Assembly: GCF_964204865.1 (NCBI RefSeq)
Contig: NC_135254.1
Coordinates: 15,748,001-15,812,000 of the forward strand
Length of the DNA: 64,000 nucleotides
Direction of reading: 5' to 3'
DNA from: Styela clava
Lineage: Eukaryota
This document shows positions 24,840 through 37,963 of the stretch, one piece after another (within the stretch, counting starts at the first letter, position 1; every line of letters starts with the position of its first letter). The notes beneath the pieces were generated by a model that worked only from the letters and a program-made list of their open reading frames with translations, was not told where the DNA came from and ran no database searches. Made by a program: the position numbers and the translations under genes.

Positions 24840-27800
24840 AATCTCCGTTAGCATTTCTATCTCTACAAGTACTACATTTCACAACTGCATAAAAATCAGC
24901 GTTCGCAAAGTGTTTCGATAACGAGGCGACATAATTCAAAAATCAGTTTTCCCCAAGTTTGTTAACTACTATTAGTTATATAGAAAGTGGTTATTTGTTT
25001 CCGTATTGAATAGCGACTTTCTCATTTGATTGTGTTCACAAAGTCTGCGTGGATTTTTGTTTATGAAAATCAGTTTTTATTCGTCTACTATCCATTTGAA
25101 TTTATGCATATCAGATAATAAACTCAAAGATCCGTTTTCGCCGTCATTGGATAAGAAGTGGACCTTATAAATCGTTCTGGTATTATGTTGTTAGAATCTT
25201 TTTCGTGTTTCCATGAAAAACTTTCTCTTGTTTTCTCTTCAATTACTGGACCAATTGCTTTTTTTGTGGTTAAAGATTGTTGTTGTCGCTAGTAGGCTCT
25301 CTATTACTTTTGCTTAGTTCAAAAATTTCTGTAGGCTTCACGGGATTCGTTTTCGTGTGTGTGATGACATCTTCAAAATTAAATATTGCGCACCTTGTGG
25401 CCTTATTCGGTATTGAGAGAAATGCGATGTATAATATAATACACTGTCAGCGCTTTGCATAAGTTAACTCAATGTAACGGGGTTTGACATTGCAAGTCAC
25501 ACGGTGTTGATGTTGCATTACTTGCATAACTTGAAAATGAAACCACGCAATAATACCATGATTTCAATTCAGCATTTGTTTGACACTACCTGCGATTGCC
25601 TTTTTGGCATAAGTACGATATTGTGACTCGATATTACTTATATAATAACTTCTGATCCTGACATAACCGCAGGTCAAATGATTGATATAACTTCATGGCA
25701 ACAATGAAGCTGCATTTGTTCGAAAATTACTCATGAACTACTGATCTTGATACAACCGTCACAAGCGTAGGTCAAATGATTGTTACAACTTCATGGCAAC
25801 AATGGATGCCATGCAGCGGTTTCCATTCCAAAAGTATTTTACACCATTCCCGGATTTGGTGTTGGTGGTTTTGCTCTTGCGATGGAATGGGAGTGAACAA
25901 CCGTTCAAATTATCAATAATTGTGTTTCAGATGAGGCCATCGCTAACCTTTTGAACATATATATAGGGCGGCCAAGCACCCAACGTAGGTCGGGACTTTG
26001 TCCTGCCCGTAGCACCCGTTAGAAGCAAGCAACAAAATAAATCGACTTCGTTTTCTCTACCATAGAGTGAGACATATTTAGGTAAGATTCCCATCCTCGG
26101 TTACCACACATTTATCATTGCTGAAAAATAATGAAACTGCCGCCATTTTCTTTCGTAAATTTGAGAGATTTGGGTCAGCGATTTCGTATTCTTCGGAAGC
26201 AGCGCAAGATCAAATTACAAATTCAGAATTTGGACTCGTGTTCAGCGTTCATTCATGCACGTTCAGAAACAATAGAAAATGCAAATGAAATACTAACAAT
26301 AGATTGAAAGTTCATGACAGATTGTTCAGCATTAACAATAGAATATACTCAGGCGAATATACGGGATTGACACGTAGCTGTGTCACACTGATTTGAACTT
26401 CCTTATATTCAACATCCAACGATCGACAGAGCGCGAAAATTTAGAAAAAAAGGGGCGTATGGTATAAAAATAACGAAGTTCAAATGAGGAGATAATCTGT
26501 TGAACCCGGAGACGCACTCATTGTGTGAACAGTCTATATTGCAAATGCACTTTCAGAAAGTATGTATTGAAAAAATAAATTTTAAACCGAGAAACAGTAT
26601 AACAATGCAAAGTTAATACCGGTAATTTTTTTTTTAAACAGTGATTACGGATACACTTTCGTTACCAATTTGTTGCTATTGGTAACACTCGAACGTGTAA
26701 AACTTTTTATCAGCGTCGAATTGCAATGCGAAAAAAAACCAATGGAATTCTACCATCTACATTCATAAAAGTCGTTTCTGGCACATTTCATTCCCGCAAA
26801 ACATCATTCGCACAAAAAGTCGTTCTCGCAAAACTAACATTTTTTTAAATTTCATTCCGCGTTCTGATATTTTCTGCAAAATTGATACCTCCAAATTCCA
26901 CAAACTAACCAAAATTATTGATCAAAACAGCGTTCAAAATATAACATTAGTTTACATCCTTAATATCATTATCGTATCGGATTTATTTTCGTGCACTTCG
27001 TTTTCCATACATAAAAGAATTGCCCTTGATTTTATCGTATCTTATAACCGCTATTATTGGACACGGAGTATACACATCGATCGTTTTGGCATTACCGTAC
27101 GTTGTTGTTCTTGTTGGTATTTTCTTTCTTTTTATCAAAAAATCGCTTTCCTCATTAACTATTGAACAAATTGTTTTGACATTTTAGGTAAAGACTGTGA
27201 CTTTCGTAATAAGACTATTACTTCTATTTATTTCAAAACGTTCTGTGGGCTTTATGTAGTTCGAAATTTTGTATGATGACCTTTTCAAAATTAATAAAAA
27301 TTATTTGTAGCGGTTCCGCGACCTTTCTCTTGCTACGTAAAGTGGACGTGTTTTGACCGTACCGTGCGTACAGTAGACTAGGTTAAGTACTGTATAAGCA
27401 GGGGCGGACACTTTCCATAATTTTGGGGGGGCGAACTTGGATCGCCTACCGAAAAACACCGCGCCGTGTATCGTCACGTAACAATAACCTGTCGATGTCA
27501 TTCTCTAAGTATTAGCATGTCAGTTTGCTACTCATATATCGATTACCTAGGCTGCTTTGCTCGGACACGAAACTTGCGCGTCACTGAACCAATTTCTTGA
27601 ATTCCGCGAGAATTAGCCCACGGCTCTTGCTAACATACAGAAAATAACAAATTTGAGGAGTCGTATTAGTTTCAATTCCTAGTTCTGCATAAAGCGCACT
27701 AACGCCGTTTCGTGAAATTAGAAATGCAAAACAAAGTAACAAGCTATTGTGCGAATTTTTTTCCTAAATTTTACCAAGGAATTATCATTTGACTAGTAGA

Positions 27801-30799
27801 ATTGCCATTATTGCCGATTTATTAAACCATCATTTGAACTCGAAATAACATTCAGGATTCACGCAATGACTTTGCAGGGTTTTTATTTATAATTTAATAC
27901 GAAAATAAACAGGCACAAGTTCAGGCGCGCAGCCAGGATTTAAAAAAAAAAGGCGGGGTCAAAGTCGGAACTTCCCACTGCCGTCTGCAACAAGCACCGC
28001 GATTACGCGCTCAATAAAAGAGCCGCCTATTTGAGCGTATAATGATTTTTCTGCCGATCCATGACAGCCACGAGATTCTAAAATGTCCTTATATATTAAA
28101 TTGTGTGCAACCTAACTCGCGGTTGCGACTTCTTACGTCAAAATAAAAATATTACTAAACTTAAAGTACCACGGCGATATGTGGACATAAAAATATGAGA
28201 TAAGCTGCCTGATGTATTCAATTTTGATACGTATTTTTGCAATCTTCCGAACTCGTTATCGTCGTTACAAAAATCTCGATATCTGATATAAAATCCGATA
28301 TAGTACAATTTTATTTCATACAATGAAAATAATTATAAGGTATACTAGTAAATCAAAAATACAAATACACCGCCTCGAAATCCACGCGGAACAGTCGCCG
28401 CGATTACGCCACTTGTTAATAGAGCCGACTTCATCAACGAAAAATGATTTTTCACTTGTGCAAAGTAATCAATCAAAGACCGATACGGGCATATTCAAAA
28501 TGTCTTGATTTATTAATTTAATTGTCTTCAATTTAAACTGCGGTTGAGTCGACAAAACAAGGGCCACTCTAAAACACGACGGAAAAAGCCTTTCGAAAAA
28601 TCCGTAAATTTTCTGTCAATTCTCACGTAGTAAAAGTTATTTCAGTACAATAAAAATACATAAATAAATACAAAAAGTGATCGAATATACTTTAATTATC
28701 TTATATATCATCACAAACCGTGGAAAAGTCGCGTTCTCAGCTTTGTTTAATGTTAACACGAAAATTTTCGACGTCAATTTTAAAGTAATGGATAAAAAGG
28801 CAAATCCCGCTCACAATTGACCGTGTTTCGATTTTAGTAACGAAATATTTTTAAAGGTCAAGCAAACATAATTTGTGCCGTTGGCACACGAAATTTTGCG
28901 ATTTTCGATGCCTAGAAAAGCGTTTTTAGACTGTCGCGGGCCTCAAAACTTATATTGTTTACAGTTTTATTTTTAGTATTTTATATTGCCGCTTTTCAAC
29001 TTTTCGACAAAGTAAATGCTTTGATCTTTGCCCGCAAATTATGCTGGGCCTTGCACGAAATCCATAACGTAAAAAGATACGTCCCGCGGTGAAAATTGTT
29101 TAAAACAACTTTAGATCTAGTTAATTTTTTAGCGATAATAATTAATTGTTGTAATGAAACACAGTTTGCCTCTTTCATTTCTTTCGCAAGTGCCAACAAT
29201 AACACTATTGAAAGATTTTGACAATGAGAAAATCATATTAAATTGTACAAAAATGAGTTAGTTGTGCAAAACCGTGGCGCGTGATCGGCGGTGCGTTTGA
29301 AAACGGAGTATTACCCGTGCGGGCGCGCATGTTTCACGAAAATGTGAGGTGCTCCGAAGGCGCATTATTGTAAGAAAACAGTTATGATATCGGTAACTAT
29401 TAACCGTTTAATGGCGCTTGACTATCGCACTTTTCGGAAATGATAATTTTGTAGGGCGGAAACAACATGTATTAAATTGTTTTGCGAAATTATTGGGGGG
29501 GCGACCGCCCCCCCTCGCCCCCCCCGGGTGTCCGCCCCTGTGTATAAGGTAAGGTAGTTGGTAGACTACCGGTACTGCTTCGTTTTGGCTTTCGTGTCCA
29601 TATATTTGAGCATCGCTGTCTTATTTCTAACAATACTCCCTATACTTGCATTCTTTAAAATTTAAACAAAGTGGTTACTCTTCACAACTAGCACACTTGA
29701 AGCTTTAAAGTGGTTTGCAGAACTTTCCCGTGGCCTGATGTACCGGTATATTTAAGAAACTTGCCGCAACAGTTCGACAACACCAGTTTCATTTGTCAAT
29801 CAACTTCCATGTGATTTCAATACAAACAATCGCGGTACCCTAACGACCCGAAAGCGAAAAACAATTCTGAATCATGAGGATGTCGGATTCACGGCAATCA
29901 CATACAGATACAGGCAAATCAGAAAAAAAAATTAAATAATTTGAAATAAAATTTAACAATAATAGTCAAAGACATGTGCCTCTCAATGTATTTTTAAAGT
30001 GGTATTGTGCTCACATAGTTATCGTCAGGCCAGCGCAAAGCGGTTCCGCACATGTTTTTATAGCGGAATAACAAAACCCTTGAACCCTAGCAACCAATTG
30101 AAAAGTGTGGTTCAATGACTCGTTTAATCCATCAGATATCATAACTCTCTGGAATGATATCAATTACGACAATAAATTGGACAGTCAAAGACATGTGCCT
30201 CTCAATGTATTTTTAAAGTGGTATTGTGCTCACATAGTTATCGTCAGGCCAGCGCAAAGCGGTTCCGCACATGTTGTCATAGCGGAATAACAAAACCCTT
30301 GAACCCTAGCAACCAATTGAAAAGTGTGGTTCAATGACTCGTTTAATCCATCAGAAAGGTCAGTTGTTGACCAACGGCCAATTTTACGAAAACAAAGAAT
30401 GTCCAATGTTGGACAAAGTGGACACGCTCGGTTAACAACAAAATTGAATGCCATAAATACATCTCATAGTGCTACGCACATGCAAAGTACCCTTAATATG
30501 AAAAACATACATGAAGGGTGTTTTTGACTTTACTTTGACCACCAGCTCCAGTTCCTCCTAGAGTATGGTGTTCTAAGACTAATTACCAAATAATACTAGA
30601 CTGACTAGATAAAATATAAAATCTAGTGATCGAAAACTCATCACAATAAATGACTAAGTCAAGAACCATTGAATGTTCTCTTCACACATCTGGGTACTCA
30701 ACGATAAGCCCCAACAACTAATAACAAGTAAGAGGCGAACTGATATCATAAAAATTAATAGCGTTAATTATCATATTAAAGTTATCTCGCAAGATTGCC
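24840..30799. repeat. Tandem segmental duplication, copy 2 (~5.96 kb)
   Basis: As copy 1, with extra segments at about 25700-25800, 26053-26080 and 27305-27580. Confidence 0.95.
27399..29540. mobile_element. Non-autonomous hAT-superfamily DNA transposon, 2142 bp
   Basis: 13-bp perfect TIRs CAGGGGCGGACAC / GTGTCCGCCCCTG and 8-bp TSD TGTATAAG (27391-27398 and 29541-29548); no transposase ORF. Confidence 0.9.
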
Positions 30800-33582
30800 A
30801 AACGCGAATGACATTAAGGTGAAACAATGATTCAAATGCAAATTCAATATAATACTTCCAAGAATTTTTTATTCTGTGAACAGAGTAATCTCATAAAGCT
30901 TTAATTTGCATCTTATGCAAAATTAAATTAATTATGGAATTAAAACCCAATGCTCATGATTGCTGTTTATTAAGTAGAACATGTCACTTCCTATCATAGG
31001 ATACAAAACAAACTTTGAATGTTAATAATTTTCATTTGTTTCAGATATTTATGCAAATGAAGGAAATGACTTGAATATAGAATATAATCAAACAAAACAA
31101 TTCAACTTAACTTGACATATGCTTTGTATTGAAATACCAAACAATGTCATGTAAAAATCATGAAAGGTTGACAAACGCCTTAGACTCTGAAAAATATCCT
31201 ATTTAGATGTTAATAATAACTTAATAAATAATGTCACAAAATTTTTATATCAATGATAAATGAAATTGCGATATGTTTCAAACGTGGTGCTTGTTTTGAC
31301 ATTCCAAGATTTTACCTAGAAGGAAACAAATTCAATATTAATATTATTTTTCATTCCCAAAATTGAATTTTGTATCAAACAGACTCCATAATAAATTTAA
31401 GAGAAAGATCATACTCATGTTGAATAACACTACAGCTTGTGTATTAGTAAGACAAGGCAGGAAACCACCTTTAAGACATTTATATCCCTCTTGGTATATT
31501 TCAAAATCTTTCACCATGACTCAGACCATTGAGCTCTTGAATAAATTACATATTATTTTGAAGGAAATTACGGATGAATCACACATACCCGCCAGCCACA
31601 CGCTCCCCTTCCTTTCTCTGTGTCATGGCTAATATAACGGGATAATCGTAGAGTAATTTGTTGCTTTAATGCTAGCTTTATAAAGCAGGTCACCCTCACT
31701 CTTTATTAGGCACAAAAGTTACCATGTCAAATTTGATTAGACCTCATAGCCAAAACATATGGCAGGAATAAAACACCTCTGTCGTGCTTAGAATCAAATT
31801 TTAATGATACAACGAAATATACTGGTCCATCTAGAAGTCCATAGATTCAAGCTTTGGGAAAGAATTTTAATCAAATTGATACTGAATTTTTACTGATTTC
31901 GGTTTAAGATAGATTGAATAACATTATTTCAATTATAACCTGTTTTTAAAATTACCGTACTTAATGAATGTACGTCTGACCAACATGTAAGACACATACC
32001 AAATATAATTCAATTTCAATTTATAAACTTTAAATATTTCCCAGCGTTGTCAATTGACACTTGAAAAAGTTTACCTTCAATTTGAGTCATTTATAACTTT
32101 AAGTTCTTTCAGACATGCATTTGAGAGATTTATTGCAACAAATCATTTGAATACTACAAGACAGAAATATTTGATTGTGTAGCTTGTCTGTTTGATAAAT
32201 CTATATATGACTTGAATCTCCTATGTAATATTCAAATTCAAGGCAATATTTCAACAAACTCAAATGAACTAGGTTTTTGGTCATGTCACAGATCATCTCA
32301 TCTAAAATGATTTAAATCAGACATGAAGTTCTAAATCAGTTTCGGTGTTCTTAAAATACTATTGACATATGGAACTATGCTCGTTTCTGAATACTGGTGG
32401 CAGGGAATTTTAAACTGACGTTAAGTTGAATTTTGACTGATATATAGTAAAAATCTATGCGTCAAATAAAAATATATAGAAATGAAACATTTTACAAAAT
32501 ATTTTGATCTACTGTCTTCTTGAACAAAATTCTTGCAAAATAAACAAAAAACTTGAGGTAAAGTAGATTTAAATAGAATTGCTCAGATATAATACTCAAA
32601 CACAATAGGAAATGAATCCATGGCATTGTGCATTTTCTGATACACTTGAATCCAATGACACATTCTGATGTATTTTAATTGCGCGAAAAATATCAGAATT
32701 TTGGAAACTACCCTGTCCATACAAGATTGAAATTTTACAAAAAAAAACAAAAAAAAATTGGCATTCTGAATATTCTAAAAACAGCAACCTTCAAAACTAC
32801 ATGCTTCTTTACATGATACTTTTCAAATACGCCTATCTTAAGCAAACAGAAAATTATATATATATTTTTTTTCAAATTTATCGCTATCATATCATGCTAA
32901 CTTCAGGTATAAAATTAAATCAATATTCTTACTTCTCAGATACAACAACGCAACTTTGAAGTAATAACATACAATGTTTACCTTTACATGATCAATACCG
33001 GTATATTACAAGTACACTCTGCAATACATGAAGTTGCATATGAAGCAGGAAATTCATGTGAATGACCTATATTCATTTCCTACTTTGCTGAGTATGGACT
33101 GTTGTGTGGGCTTTATTAAGCATACAGTTGAAATTGGAGTCGATGAATTTATAATAGGAATTAACAATAGCCCAAGACCAGTATTTCTTTCAGTTAGGTA
33201 TACACAATAGCCTACAATATTGTGATTAAATATCAAATAACCATTGAAATGTTATATTTAATATAATCTACAATCATACCATACAAATTAAAAAGAATTG
33301 CAATATGGTTGGTACTACCATGCTAATATTTTGAACGCCATGGTTTGAAGTACTGACAAATATGTGATTGAACAATATTTACTGAACAAACCACACCCTA
33401 AAATCATCATCGTTAAACGTGAATTAGGTTGCTTTACCTGGCCTGACATGTGTTATCGATAACTTAGTTTTGGCAGAGTATGATCTAGTAAGATGATATT
33501 ATAAGGTTGGGTATGTTTAATTTATTATATGACAATCACAGTGCTTTCTATTTATGAACTATAGATGAAAAAAGATTTTTCT

Positions 33583-33595
33583 GGGTCAAAGGTCA
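33583..33595 (+). promoter_or_regulatory. Consensus DR1 nuclear receptor response element GGGTCA-A-AGGTCA
   Basis: Perfect RGGTCA(n1)RGGTCA match inside the putative long GCNF intron; function not shown. Confidence 0.4.
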
Positions 33596-36148
33596 AATAT
33601 TAAATAAAACTGCACAATAAACCATAGATGTTGAATTATCCAAATGTCATTTTTAAATAAGTTTTGATTATTTATTGCTGTATTACAGGTTTGCAATTTT
33701 TATTATGCACAAAATAGGACAATCAGTCTGTATATGAAATTAACCACAATATGTATACAGTATGAATGAAAGCAGAAACATATTAATTGAAGCTAACAGA
33801 TGATATTTTTCATTTATGAAATCCTGAAATATATCATTATATTCAGATATAAAACAAAATTATGTTGTTGTTTTTTGTGTGAGGTAAAGTGCCTCTGGAA
33901 ATGGTAGTACTTGAATGAAGGTGGCCCATAATATGATATTATCAACCCACTGAAACTGTCTACCCATAAATTAAGCAATAATATAAAACTTTCCTAAGGT
34001 CGCAGTTGTGGGCTTTCGTCAGTGATTATTAAATACTCAATGTTTTCAAGAACATGAGGAAGAATATTTTACAACCAAATAGACATCATTTTTTATTCCT
34101 AAAAACTTTGCGGATATTGAGTTCATCATAAGGTCACTAACAATGATGATGATAGACAACAGACATCATACCCAATGTCTAAATCATGGACAAACAGCAG
34201 GTGACATTTTTTCTTTTGAATTGAGTAAGACAACTTAGGAAATGATTCAATAGTAGGAAACCCCCATTCAACTCATAAGGGAGCATTCAGCTCAGTCAGA
34301 AACAAATAAGCAGATTATCACTTAATGTGACTGATAGTTAACAGAGATGTGACTCATATTACGCAAATACTCAGTAAGCATATGTGAGGTGACACTCTAC
34401 TGCTATCTATTAAACTTTTTCTCATTTACTTCAACAGATTGTATATGAGAGAGCATTTTACATTGAAATTATTAAAGCTTTTGTAATAGAAAACTGTAAT
34501 AAGATGTTGTAATTTAAGATGAAATAAGAAAATATAACCGGTATGCAATTAGAATTATTTGTGTATATAAATATTAGTAAGATAATTATACTAAATCTTG
34601 GTAGCAAGTATTTCAATGTACCATACTCGAATTCTAGTTTGCTGGATGGAGAATTGGAGTAAAATCTTATGGCTTCTTCCAAATACTTTTTTATCATTAA
34701 TCAGACACCCTAATTGTTTTGAATACATTACTTAATAAAAATAGAAAAATATCTCAAACATGCAAATGCAACTTTCTTTTAAATCAATAACTCCAAACAT
34801 AAGATATTTGATATGAAGCAAAAATCTGATGGCAGGATAGACTGAGCAAGTCGTGAACTGTCATAAATCACTTGACAAAGTGGACAATTTCAAGTCAGAT
34901 CAATAGCTGCCATTAAAGGAAATGCAGACTGAATAGAGTTAGACCACACCCCTTACTATGCAAGGAACTATGTGATAGTTCAAAGCAATTGGAATTTCAG
35001 ATTGGCACTTTTAATGAGAGTCCTAATGAAAAAAATAGGAGTCTTAGTTGTAGTACACCAACACACAATAGTTACACTTAGTGGAGCTCTGGAACAGAGT
35101 GTGAACAAGTAGGCTGCCCTTAAAAAACCTGTAAGCTTGGCTATGAGAATCATTTTGAACCACACACAGAAATGACAAAAAAGGAAAACTATCAAAATTT
35201 GAAATGAATTCCCATTGAGAAATAGAACGTTATCAAAAAATGTAAAAGGATATTCATATTCAGGTCTCAACGGTACTGATACAATAATTCGCATTTTTAA
35301 TCAAATCAAAACCCAACATCATATTTGAGTCAGATTAACATGGCTGATAAATCATTTTATTAGGTGGCTGACGGCTGTTATTCGTTTCATACTTTGTTTC
35401 AATTAAACACAATAAAGATAAGCAGGAGTGATGCAACATTAACATATCATAACGTGCCTTTGTGCTCAACAATAAATAGCTCAAGTAATTAACAGAAAAC
35501 TTCCAGAACACTTCTTCCGAACAATCTAAATTTGAGTCAGCATCAGGAGTCCTATCTCAACCATAGGATACAGAGAATAACTGCACCAGATGTAATGATC
35601 ACAATGAAAACAAGAATTTTACTAAGGCTATATCGGCATATTAAAATCTAAAGTAGATTATGTGACACATTTTTCAGAGATAAACCTATTTTGATCTTCT
35701 GTCATTATTGATCAGGGGTCATCTTGTGATCTGGATTTCAAAGATGTATTTGTCTTAGATTTGATTTCAGGTATTGCCTTATGTTAATTTTAGGTTTAGC
35801 TGTTAGAACTTAACTATTACAAAAATGTGATTTTTTCAAACCTCAAAATATGACATACCTAAGCCAATTTGGTTCAGTGGCGATATAACAATCTCAATTT
35901 CATCAATCTTATGCAGAGTTATTCATATAGGCTAAAATGTTGATAGCAAGAAGCAATTCCAGAATATGTTCTGATTGGGTATTGTGCTTGAATTTAAACT
36001 CTCCTCTTCAATGCATCAATCACATTTGTTTGAGTATGTCGTATAAATCTATGTGAGGAATTTGAAGCTGCATTTGGGACATCAAATAAAAATAAATAAC
36101 CATGCTGATTGTATATCAAAATTCAGAAATTAGAATTAATGAATTTAC

Positions 36149-36256
36149 CCAACATTCCATCTTGCATTACTCTTGTTCCAGGAGAATGATGAAGCAATGA
36201 GGTAGATGAGATCATTTCACCGGTGCTTGATTGGATAGGTGGCCAACCGGTATAAA
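36149..36256 (-). CDS. Candidate distal second coding exon of GCNF ((V)YTGWPPIQSSTGEMISSTSLLHHSPGTRVMQDGML)
   Basis: Strong TTTTTTTATTCCAG acceptor and TTGG|GTAAAT donor. 108 nt, open in phase 1 to phase 1, compatible with both the 37112 exon and the DBD exon at 6087. Confidence 0.5.
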
Positions 36257-36339
36257 CTGGAATAAAAAAATTGTATAAATTTGACAGTTCATCTTAGCGG
36301 TTTGCCATCATGTTTAAATCGGTAGTAAGATGCTTGAGC

Positions 36340-36634
36340 TGACAATGGCAAACTATGAAGCGTGGGCCAAATCTGGCCCGCTGGATAATTCAATCTGGCC
36401 TGTCTGATGTTGCCCCAACCAAACTAAATATTTTGATGTTTTAGCCTAAAAAAATAGTAAACGAAATTTGTTGAGATTCCGATTTAATTCAGTTATTGTT
36501 AAATTTAGGGTTATTGTTCACCAGTTTTGCATTTGTAACACTGTAAATATTGTTCATAAAATGTTTTAACGTGGCCTGCCAGTCTAGGTGGGCAAGATTA
36601 TTGGCCCCTGGTCAAAAAACCTTGCCCACTTCTG
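36340..36634 (+). mobile_element. Degenerate hAT-like MITE; second copy at about 61550-61895
   Basis: Both copies share GGATAATTCAATCTGGCC, CAACCAAACTAAA, TTTTGATGTTTTAGC, TTGTAACACTGTAAATA and a CTTGCCC..(C/T)TCTG end. Confidence 0.65.
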
Positions 36635-37111
36635 TACTAGAGCATCGCTGGACTGTTCGTTTTTAATTCAGTCTATTTAGGGTTAGGTTATGATAGATTT
36701 TAAAGTCAGAAAGTGGGGGGAATACTGACTTACTCACTTATCCCAACTTAAGATAAAAAGAATCAAAGTAAACAGATCAAAAAATCATCTGAGAGGCATT
36801 GACAGAATAGAAGTTATCACTGCACACTGTGACTTGACAAGAACCATTTAACATGACAAACAAACATCAAACTAAATTAAAAAAAAAATAAATATGTTAC
36901 AACATCTAATGAGACAAAATTTACTTCTGATTCCTCATATTTTTTATTAGTAGTAGTAGTATTTTATTTCGTCAACAATGTCAAATATTTAACATACAAA
37001 ATTTCAAACGTTAGAAGGGGAAAAATCTATGAACACTGAAACATGCTGTGCTCGAGCATATTCCCGTATTCTGACATAGTAATACTGTAATGTGATAAAA
37101 TGTGACTCTAC

Positions 37112-37166
37112 CTTCATTATTCTCCTGAGCCATGGTGAAGGCTTGACCGTAAACAGCAAGGTCCAT
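37112..37166 (-). CDS. Candidate distal first coding exon of GCNF (MDLAVYGQAFTMAQENNE)
   Basis: CAAAATGG start context; 55 nt ending in phase 1 at GAAG|GTAGAG; candidate upstream acceptors at 37216 and 37312; same strand as GCNF. Confidence 0.45.
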
Positions 37167-37861
37167 TTTGTTGTCTAACCATCTAAAAACTGAGGGTTTC
37201 CACAATTTGGATCAGCTGACAGACGATAATTCGTTAGTTCAATAGTGTTATAAATTTACTGGTATTTACTAGTACCACCAGGGTAACCCTATTGTCCGGC
37301 CAAAGCCTGTACTGAGAAAAACAAAATAAAGTTGAAAAACAAAATAAAGTTGAAAATAACAGAAATAAACTATAGCCTTTGAAACAAAAACATCATAAAC
37401 AAAAAACACTGTCGTGGCACCGGCATTGTACTTCGAGGCATTGTAAACAAATCTGGGACTCTGAGAGCAAACGTCAAGTTTTAATTTCTAAAGTCACGAT
37501 AAATCATACTGAAAATATTTTCAGTACAACCGTAAATATATATATATCACTACGGGTACCACTACGGGTACAACCATGGATAAATATTGTGGTTGCTGAT
37601 GGAGGCATATGTAAAAGGTTTAGTGACTGCACCAATGATCTAATAACAAATATACTAATAAATAAATGATAATTTATTCATACTTATTGTGAGAAACTGG
37701 CAGAGATCTTTTATCACAATTTATGGGCAAAAAAGCCCATTTTGTAATAAACTTGACAAACTCATCAGCGGCATCTAAATTGTGCGAGTCATCTAAACGA
37801 AATGACATGATTTCACATCTTTGCACCCATATACATTTATATCCTTTAAACAGCATTCATC

Positions 37862-37963
37862 ACATTTGCCCCCAAAAACGTCTGCGCCCATTGACATTTG
37901 CACCCATGGATATTTGCACCTATGAACATTTGAATCCAAGAATTTGCACCTGCGGACATTTGT
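37862..37963 (+). repeat. Degenerate ~15-bp tandem repeat (GACATTTGCACCCAT-like), about 6-7 units
   Basis: Repeated CATTTGCACC/CATTTGCCCC units; resembles DNA-transposon subterminal repeats. Confidence 0.7.

Noticed and set aside
22164-30527. Pairs of near-identical short ORFs
   Set aside because: Their identity is explained by the recent tandem duplication; there are no domain or splice signals.
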